The notes under the pieces were generated by a model. The model made no database searches. It was not told the origin of the DNA and was given only the letters and a program-made list of their open reading frames with translations. Shown here piece after piece: positions 57,402 to 64,000 of a stretch of 64,000 nucleotides of DNA. Source of the stretch: Deltaproteobacteria bacterium (lineage in GTDB: Bacteria; Desulfobacterota; DSM-4660; Desulfatiglandales; HGW-15); assembly GCA_016930835.1 (NCBI GenBank), contig JAFGGA010000204.1, forward strand, positions 10,783 to 74,782, in the 5' to 3' direction. Position numbers and translations under genes: made by a program. Within the stretch, counting starts at the first letter, position 1. Each line of letters starts with the position of its first letter.

Positions 57402-58208
57402 TTAAAGGAATAATAATAGGCTTACTGCCATAATGAACATACCCGCGATTAGACCACCGATAGCTAAATGATGTTCACCATATTCTTCAGCTGTAGGTAG
57501 TAACTCATCAAGAGAGATGTAAACCATAATCCCCGCAACACTGGCAAAGACAAATCCAAATGTAAAGTCGTTGAAAAATTGCTTTAGAAGAAAATAGCCG
57601 ATCAATGCCCCAACAGGCTCAGCAAGACCTGAGAGAAATGACAAAACAAAAGCCTTGTTTCTGCTTTGTGTCGCATAGTAAATTGGCGCAGAAACGGCAA
57701 GTCCTTCGGGAATATTGTGAATGGCAATAGCAACGGCAATACTTATTCCAAGTGTCGGATCTGACAAGCCACTCATAAAAGTAGCAAGACCTTCTGGGAA
57801 ATTATGAATCCCAATCGCTAAAGCGGAAAATACTCCCATCCTTAATAATCTTGCTTTATCCTTGTCGGATGATTGCTCAATTTTTTTTTCGGTATTCATT
57901 TCATGTGGATTCTCATAAGCAGGTACCAACTTATCGATCAAAGCGATTACGAAAATACCACAGAAAAAGGCGATAACCGTCCAAACATATCCGCATTTGT
58001 CTCCCAAAGATGATGACAGTGAGTCTTTTGCTTTAACGAATATTTCTATCATTGAAACATAAAGCATTACACCCGCGGAAAAACCTAAGGAGATTGTAAG
58101 TATTTTAGGATTGAATGTTTTGGACAGTAAACCTATAAAACTGCCAATTCCTGTGGATAAACCGGCAAATAAGGTGAATGAAAATGCAAATAATATGTTC
58201 CCTTCCAT
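57402..58208 (-). CDS. zupT: ZIP-family zinc transporter ZupT
   Basis: AGLSTGIG, LGFSAGVM, IHNFPEG, IHNIPEG, SGLAEP, ISLDELLP. Confidence 0.96.
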   Translation of the reverse strand: MEGNILFAFSFTLFAGLSTGIGSFIGLLSKTFNPKILTISLGFSAGVMLYVSMIEIFVKAKDSLSSSLGDKCGYVWTVIAFFCGIFVIALIDKLVPAYENPHEMNTEKKIEQSSDKDKARLLRMGVFSALAIGIHNFPEGLATFMSGLSDPTLGISIAVAIAIHNIPEGLAVSAPIYYATQSRNKAFVLSFLSGLAEPVGALIGYFLLKQFFNDFTFGFVFASVAGIMVYISLDELLPTAEEYGEHHLAIGGLIAGMFIMAVSLLLFL

Positions 58209-58312
58209 AAGTTATTTTCCTGCATTTGGGGGGATGTAATTGACTATCGTGACAAGCTCTAGGTATTCTACTTATCCATATAGAAAACAACATATATAAT
58301 TAGCCAATAAAT

Positions 58313-58418
58313 GATGGACTCGTAAAAAGTCAAAAAACATCCATTTTTATCATTCCGGCCTGCCTGTGCGTGTCGGCCCGCAGACAGGCGAAGGCCGGAA
58401 TCCAGTCTTTTCAAGAAG
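58313..58418 (+). repeat. 5' half of a REP-doublet element with nested CCTG..CAGG hairpin
   Basis: GATGGACTCGTAAAAAGTC..TCATTCCGG[cctgcctg..cagacagg]CGAAGGCCGGAATCCAG-tcttttcaagaag. Confidence 0.8.
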
Positions 58419-58558
58419 AAGGTATCCGCCTCCACCCAAAACCAGGCCTTTAGTGCTCTCTTATTCCTATACCGCTAGGTATTACAGCGGGAATCTAGTT
58501 GGCTTAAAAATGTCCCAAGGGCTTAAAAGCCAAAACGTTTACCGTTTGACATCGTAAA

Positions 58559-58586
58559 AGCTGAATGCTGACGGCTGATCGCTGCT
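58559..58586 (-). repeat. GCTGA heptamer array after a gene stop
   Basis: agctgaa tgctgac ggctgat cgctgct. Confidence 0.6.
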
Positions 58587-58591
58587 TTTCA

Positions 58592-59167
58592 TCAATTCAC
58601 CAAAGGCTGCAATATGTTTAGCGCCTTATCGATCCGATCTTGGCTGTGGGTATGGGGTTCGGTCAGGGCGTCTCGAACCTCGGAGAAGGCGGATCTGAAC
58701 TCGGAAAGCATGATCTCCAATTCCTGGATGGTATCGGCCGCGCTCTTCTCGGTTACTTCCATGGCATTTCGCAGGTCCGTTGCGGCCTTGATCAAGGCCC
58801 TCATGTCATCGATCTTGTTGAGCCTGATAATGAGTTCATCAAAGTTGATGGGCTTGGTGAGAAAATCCGTGGCGCCTTTTTTCATGGCCTCTACGGCCGA
58901 TTCCACGGATATGTAACCCGTCAAAAGAATCACTTCCGTATGTGGATAAAGTCTCTTAATGTTTTCCAGCACACCCATACCGTCTGTTTCTCCGGGCATC
59001 AGCAGATCCGTCAGGACCACGTCAAACGGTTCTCCGGCGATACGTCTCAAGGCATCATCACCATCATGAGTGGTCTCCACCTCAAACCCTTCTTTTCGTA
59101 ATCTCTTCGCCAGAAGGGAGAGGGTCACGGGATCATCTTCCACGATGAGTATTTTCAAGGTTCCCAT
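58592..59167 (-). CDS. Response regulator (REC + coiled coil)
   Basis: ILIVEDD, TDLLMP, LTGY, KPI. Confidence 0.9.
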   Translation of the reverse strand: MGTLKILIVEDDPVTLSLLAKRLRKEGFEVETTHDGDDALRRIAGEPFDVVLTDLLMPGETDGMGVLENIKRLYPHTEVILLTGYISVESAVEAMKKGATDFLTKPINFDELIIRLNKIDDMRALIKAATDLRNAMEVTEKSAADTIQELEIMLSEFRSAFSEVRDALTEPHTHSQDRIDKALNILQPLVN

Positions 59168-59183
59168 GGTGGCATACCTGCTC

Positions 59184-60023
59184 TCATTTCAACTGATAAA
59201 AGATCGACCGCAAATGTCTTTGAGGCTCGAAACGCGGACAAATGCCCGTTAATGATTCTGTGGAACCGATGACGAGATAGCCATCTGGTTCCAATACATC
59301 CGCGATCCGATTAAAAAGCTTTTTCCGGTCCTCCAGGGTAAAATAAATGGCCACATTCCTGCAAAAAATGATATCGAATTTACCCAGACTATTAAACGGT
59401 TCCATCAAATTCAATTTTTTGAACAGGGCCATGGCCCGGATGTCGTCCTTGATCTTCCAATGACTGCCGTTTGGATGGAAATATCGTTCGAGTTTGTCTC
59501 TATCCAACCCGCGCTCGATCTCAAATTTGTTATATTGCCCGTAACTTGCTTGGGCAATAGCCTTATCCGATATGTCGGTGCCCAGAAGCTTGACATTATA
59601 TTTGGTTTGGTTGGGTAACAGCTCTCTTAATACGATAGCAAGGCTATAGACCTCCTGGCCGGTTGAACAGGCTGAACTCCAGATGCGCAAGGTGATGGGT
59701 GAATTGGGGAATGATTTGGACGTCCGTTTGTCGATCAGTTCAGGCAGAAGCTTGTGACGAAACAACTCAAACGGCGAATGATCCCTGAAAAACAAGGTCT
59801 CGTTGGTGGTCATGGCATTGATAATTTTACGTTCCAATGTGCGGCCGGCATCCTGCTTGGCCTTATGATACAGTTCAAGGTAGGACTTGCAACCATGTTC
59901 GTCAATCAGCCCGCTCAGCCTTGTTTCAATCAGGTATGCCTTTTTCTCATCGAGCGCGATACCGGTTATCTGGTAGATATATTGGGATATGATCTTTATT
60001 TCGTCGGGGTTGATCTTAATCAT
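59184..60023 (-). CDS. cheR: Chemotaxis methyltransferase CheR
   Basis: TTNETLFFRD, IWSSACSTGQEVYS, FCRNVAIYF, GSTES. Confidence 0.97.
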   Translation of the reverse strand: MIKINPDEIKIISQYIYQITGIALDEKKAYLIETRLSGLIDEHGCKSYLELYHKAKQDAGRTLERKIINAMTTNETLFFRDHSPFELFRHKLLPELIDKRTSKSFPNSPITLRIWSSACSTGQEVYSLAIVLRELLPNQTKYNVKLLGTDISDKAIAQASYGQYNKFEIERGLDRDKLERYFHPNGSHWKIKDDIRAMALFKKLNLMEPFNSLGKFDIIFCRNVAIYFTLEDRKKLFNRIADVLEPDGYLVIGSTESLTGICPRFEPQRHLRSIFYQLK

Positions 60024-60059
60024 TATATTTCAGCCCGCTCAAAAGCAGGTTATATATCC

Positions 60060-61211
60060 TCAATGGTATATTCCTTTTACCGCGTTCATGATCACTTCCG
60101 CGATCTTATCCAAAGGCGCGATAACATCCACGATACCTTTTTCGATCGGTTCTTTGGGCATCCCGTAAACAACGCATGTCTCTTCATTTTGCGCAATGAT
60201 GAAAGATCCGGTCCTTTTCATTAATTTCAACCCGAGGCTGCCGTCCGAGCCCATGCCGGTCATGATAACGCCAGCGGATCGGCCCACATAATGCTGGGAG
60301 ATAGATCTGAAAAGGTAGTCCACCGAGGGCTTGCAACTGTTTTCCGGCGGATCATCCGTGATTCGGATAATCCGGCTTTTCCCATCGGCGCCGGCCACAA
60401 CCTTCATCTGTTTACCCCCGGGTGCGATATAGGCCTTATTGGGCTTTACAACCTCCCCGTCAACAGCCTCTTTCACGTCAAACCCGCATTTGGAATCCAA
60501 ATTTTTAGCTAGAGATTGCGTGAAAATGGCAGGCATGTGTTGTACAATCAGGATAGGAACATTGATGTCACCGGGAAGTTGGGGCATCATCTGAGCCAGG
60601 GCCTTGGGACCGCCCGTTGAAATCCCAATCCCGACGATCTCGGGTCTCGCTCTTATATTTTCCGCAAGTCTCTTCATCCGTTGAACCACGTCATCGTGGC
60701 CCTTGGACTTTCTCGTGGGTGGTTGCGGTTGAAACACGGAGGTGGTGGAAGAAGAGCCTTTTAGTATGCTTTTGATCTCCTGACGCCGTGCAAAAGCCTT
60801 AAGCATGGGGCCGATGGCGTTCTTTATCTGTTGCCGGCTTTCCTCCATGGAGTCGGCTTCAGGCTTTGTGATAAAATCAAAGGCACCTAATTCCAGGGCT
60901 TGCATGGTCAGATCGCCGCCCTTGCGGGTGAGAGTGCTTAAAACAATTACACCGACATCACGGGATTGTTCTTGTAAACTGGCGAGTACGTCAATACCGT
61001 TCATTTCGGGCATCTCGATATCCAGGGTCAAAAGATCCGGTTTAAGTGAATCGATCTTTGACATGGCTATCTTACCATTACTAGCGGTGCCGACCACTTC
61101 CACATCAGGTATTTCGCTCAGGACATCGCTTACCGCTTTTCGATAAACAACGGTATCATCCACGACAAGTACTCTTAATGGTCCACCTTTTTGCAAGTGA
61201 AAGCCTCCCAT
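60060..61211 (-). CDS. cheB: Chemotaxis methylesterase CheB
   Basis: REC domain + GISTGGP, VQHMP, PSVDYLF, MTGMGSDG; real start may be TTG 61196. Confidence 0.97.
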   Translation of the reverse strand: MGGFHLQKGGPLRVLVVDDTVVYRKAVSDVLSEIPDVEVVGTASNGKIAMSKIDSLKPDLLTLDIEMPEMNGIDVLASLQEQSRDVGVIVLSTLTRKGGDLTMQALELGAFDFITKPEADSMEESRQQIKNAIGPMLKAFARRQEIKSILKGSSSTTSVFQPQPPTRKSKGHDDVVQRMKRLAENIRARPEIVGIGISTGGPKALAQMMPQLPGDINVPILIVQHMPAIFTQSLAKNLDSKCGFDVKEAVDGEVVKPNKAYIAPGGKQMKVVAGADGKSRIIRITDDPPENSCKPSVDYLFRSISQHYVGRSAGVIMTGMGSDGSLGLKLMKRTGSFIIAQNEETCVVYGMPKEPIEKGIVDVIAPLDKIAEVIMNAVKGIYH

Positions 61212-61232
61212 TCAATCACGAGGTTTTAAATA

Positions 61233-61694
61233 CTACATCTCTTCTTCCTTTAAGACCTCTTCCGCGTCGAGGATGCCGATCAAACTGTTTTCAGCCTTGA
61301 CCACTCCATCAAAGTACCTGCCTTGCACACCTCCAATGTTAGCCGGAGGTGACTCAATCTTTTCCAGCTCCGTCCTGACCACATCCCCGATACGGTCCAC
61401 CATAAGCCCGATATATTCATTATTGGAATTGACGATGATGTTTCTCGTATCAGCGGTTCGCCTGGTACTGGTCAGACCAAGTTTTCTGCCGAGGTCGATG
61501 ATGGTTACGATCTGTCCACGCAGGTTCAAGATACCTTTCACATATTCCGGAGCCTGAGGAACTTCCGTCATGTCCAAAAGCTTGTTGATCTCTTGAACCT
61601 TAAGGATATCCATGCCGCATAGGGCGTCACCGATATAAAAAGTGGCCAATTCAACCATCTTTTGACTTTTTATGGTTTCCTTTTGTTTTGCCAT
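61233..61694 (-). CDS. cheW: Chemotaxis coupling protein CheW
   Basis: VQEI, VPQAPEYVKGILNLRGQIVTIIDL, GLMVDRIGDV. Confidence 0.96.
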   Translation of the reverse strand: MAKQKETIKSQKMVELATFYIGDALCGMDILKVQEINKLLDMTEVPQAPEYVKGILNLRGQIVTIIDLGRKLGLTSTRRTADTRNIIVNSNNEYIGLMVDRIGDVVRTELEKIESPPANIGGVQGRYFDGVVKAENSLIGILDAEEVLKEEEM

Positions 61695-61712
61695 ATTCCC
61701 CCTTCCTCTCCA

Positions 61713-63389
61713 TTAGACTCTGAATTTTCCGATTGTCTCTCTTAATTGATCCGTCAGCATAAGCAGCTCTTCCGAACTCATCTGCACGTGGACACTGCTG
61801 TTTGTAATATCTCTCGCCGCCGTGTTGACTTCCGTAATATCCTTCGCAATCTCTTCGGCGACCGTGGAGGTCTGGCCCACGTTTTCATTAATATCCATGA
61901 TCCCCTCGGATGCGTGGGCCACACTCCTGGCGATTTCTTTTGTTGTGACGGATTGTTCTTCAACCGCCGCAGCGATGGATGTGATAATCTCATTAACGTC
62001 ATGGATCACTTTGGAGATTTCCCCGATCTGTAAAACCGTATTTTGGGTTGAATCTTGCATTCCCCCGATCTGTCTCTCAATATCTTCAGTCGCTTCAGCG
62101 GTTTGCCTGGCCAGTGTTTTCACCTCGTTTGCGACAACGGCGAACCCTTTTCCCGATTCACCGGCGCGAGCGGCCTCAATGGTCGCATTCAGGGCCAAAA
62201 GATTGGTTTTCTCTGAAATCTTGGTGATGGTTTCGGTGATTTTACTGATCTGCCGCGCCACCTTCCCCAACTCATCCACTTTTTCCGATGCCTTGGTGGT
62301 TGTCACCACTGCTTGTCCCGTGATAACACGCGCATTTTCAGAATTTTTGGCGATCTCGTGGATCACCGCAGTCATGCCTTCCGTGGACTCGGCCATCATG
62401 CCTACATTCGTTGAAGTCTGTTCAATGGCGGCCGCGACCGAATGGATATTGAAATTCATCCCCTCCGCGGATGCCGTAACGGAATCAGCCATGGAGGATG
62501 TCTGTTTGGCGCCCAGAGACATCTGTTTTGAGAGAACCGACAGATCACTGGATGAGGAAGCCAAGGTCTCAACGGCAATCATGACTTCACGAACCATTTT
62601 TCGCAGACTGTCATTAACGATATTCATGCGTGCGCAAATATGGCTGATCTCATTTCGTCCTTTTACGTCAATGGTATGGGTAAAATCTCCCTCCTCCAAT
62701 TTCGCGGCGGCATCCAATAAATGATACAGAGGTCGGTTGATAAGTCGCCGAAACAAGAAATAAAATACCAGGAGGGCCGCCACCAAAACCAAGCAGGCGA
62801 TCATGATAATATGATTTTGAATTGCAGGCAAAGACCCGATCGCCTGGTCGGTAGATACCCGTAACGTTATACCGCCTAGAACCTTTTGAGACGATTCATG
62901 ACAACCCAAACAGCGGGAATCGTTCATAACGGGACGTGAGGCAATCAAAGAGGATTGATGATTACCTTCACCGTAAAATGGCTTCAAGTTGAAGTGACCT
63001 GCTACCAGCATGGATCGGATCTCTTCCAAAGTGGCGTTATCCTGAATAACGGACGATAAGGCCTTCCCTGTCATTGCCTTGTCATGAGCAAACGTGATAC
63101 GCCGGTCCGTATTATAGATAAAAATATCCAAGTCCGGCATGGATCGGGCGATTTCACTTATTCCAGCCTGAACAATATCCTTATCTCCTTTGGACAGGGT
63201 GTCGATGATCACTCCTTGGATTGACGTCAGAAGCATATGGTATGGTTGTTCAAGTAATCTATCTACGAAATCGTGTTGTCCCCGGATATTCAGAAACGCT
63301 ATGGATCCAATGGTGACAATCCATATCAAAGACACGATCGCCAGTATCTGGACCAGGAGGTGTTCTCTAAAAAAGGCGACAAGCTTCAA
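61713..63389 (-). CDS. Methyl-accepting chemotaxis protein with periplasmic CXXCH heme-c motif
   Basis: Two TM segments, [34 protein letters not shown]; CLGCH at 62898-62912. Confidence 0.95.
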   Translation of the reverse strand: MKLVAFFREHLLVQILAIVSLIWIVTIGSIAFLNIRGQHDFVDRLLEQPYHMLLTSIQGVIIDTLSKGDKDIVQAGISEIARSMPDLDIFIYNTDRRITFAHDKAMTGKALSSVIQDNATLEEIRSMLVAGHFNLKPFYGEGNHQSSLIASRPVMNDSRCLGCHESSQKVLGGITLRVSTDQAIGSLPAIQNHIIMIACLVLVAALLVFYFLFRRLINRPLYHLLDAAAKLEEGDFTHTIDVKGRNEISHICARMNIVNDSLRKMVREVMIAVETLASSSSDLSVLSKQMSLGAKQTSSMADSVTASAEGMNFNIHSVAAAIEQTSTNVGMMAESTEGMTAVIHEIAKNSENARVITGQAVVTTTKASEKVDELGKVARQISKITETITKISEKTNLLALNATIEAARAGESGKGFAVVANEVKTLARQTAEATEDIERQIGGMQDSTQNTVLQIGEISKVIHDVNEIITSIAAAVEEQSVTTKEIARSVAHASEGIMDINENVGQTSTVAEEIAKDITEVNTAARDITNSSVHVQMSSEELLMLTDQLRETIGKFRV

Positions 63390-63401
63390 TCACGAATCCC
63401 C

Positions 63402-64000
63402 TTATTTCTTTTTCAAAAACCGATAAACGCTCTCCATAAGTTTATCCCGGTCCAGCTTGATTTGATAATCATCAATACCCACGTCTTTACCCTTGGCCAC
63501 ATCCTCATCACTGGCCATGGTCGTCAGTGCAATGATGGGTAAATCGGAAAACCGTTTATCTCCTCTTATTTTTTTGGCAAACCCGAATCCGTCCAGATTG
63601 GGCATTTCAATATCCGTTATCACCAGTGAGAGGTCTTTCGCGTGTTTTTGCATAAGATCCCATGCGATCAAGCCGTCTTCCGCCTCAATGACCTCATATC
63701 CATCATCCTCCAGGAACTCTTTGACCTGGCTTCTGAAAAAATTGGAGTCTTCGGCATACAAAATAATCGCGTTTTTGGAATCCGTTTCCGGCGTCTCCAT
63801 ATCTTTCCCTTCAAACCATTCCGGATTAATACTTTTAACGAGTCCAATGATGTCCACAATCAATGTGGTATAATCACGGATGATAGCCGAGCCCTTGATG
63901 CCGTTCTGTTTGAGCGTGGTGGTATCGATATCAATAGATTCCTCAATAGCATCCAGCGGCGGCGTGGCCAGGAGCCCGATCTCACGGTTCGCGACGGTGA
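63402..64000 (-). CDS. cheA: C-terminal CheW + REC part of a hybrid CheA (or CheV-like protein), truncated by window end
   Basis: Open frame to the window edge: IGLLATPPLDAIE..GIKGSAII..TTLIVD, then AEDS, TDIEMP; sits upstream of MCP-cheW-cheB-cheR. Confidence 0.7.
   Translation of the reverse strand, partial: TVANREIGLLATPPLDAIEESIDIDTTTLKQNGIKGSAIIRDYTTLIVDIIGLVKSINPEWFEGKDMETPETDSKNAIILYAEDSNFFRSQVKEFLEDDGYEVIEAEDGLIAWDLMQKHAKDLSLVITDIEMPNLDGFGFAKKIRGDKRFSDLPIIALTTMASDEDVAKGKDVGIDDYQIKLDRDKLMESVYRFLKKK

Noticed and set aside
61822-62724. 300-aa plus-strand ORF
   Set aside because: Antisense shadow of the MCP signalling domain

Overview
64 kb of a bacterial chromosome, most likely a Desulfobacterota (deltaproteobacterial) organism, judged from its flagellar/chemotaxis gene content and repeat families. 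Bases 1-41.3 kb form a very large, co-oriented flagellar glycosylation island around flagellin (fliC, 34556-35677). It holds a sugar-synthesis module (SDR, aldehyde dehydrogenase, CMP-ulosonate synthetase, fused transketolase), about 19 glycosyltransferase domains in 15 genes (GT2-TPR, GT4, GT9, CgeB-like), 4 methyltransferases, 2 sulfotransferase domains and a deacetylase domain. Next come a giant fliD, fliS, flaG and a c-di-GMP module (REC-SHOCT, REC-GAF-HD-GYP, PilZ, pseudo-kinase). On the minus strand are a collapsed cheA-cheD-HDOD pseudo-operon behind intact cheZ-cheY, an M23 peptidase operon, zupT and an apparently intact second chemotaxis operon (hybrid cheA cut by the window end, heme-c MCP, cheW, cheB, cheR, REC). 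Four sigma28-type and two sigma54-type promoters are readable. The main non-genic signals are: (i) complementary G-rich and C-rich heptamer arrays at gene ends and directly before SD-less start codons, which can be paired in a nested way across the island; (ii) zupT flanked by the permuted halves of one REP doublet; (iii) nested REP insertions; (iv) a structured fliC leader. All product calls come from reading motifs by eye; no database searches were run.
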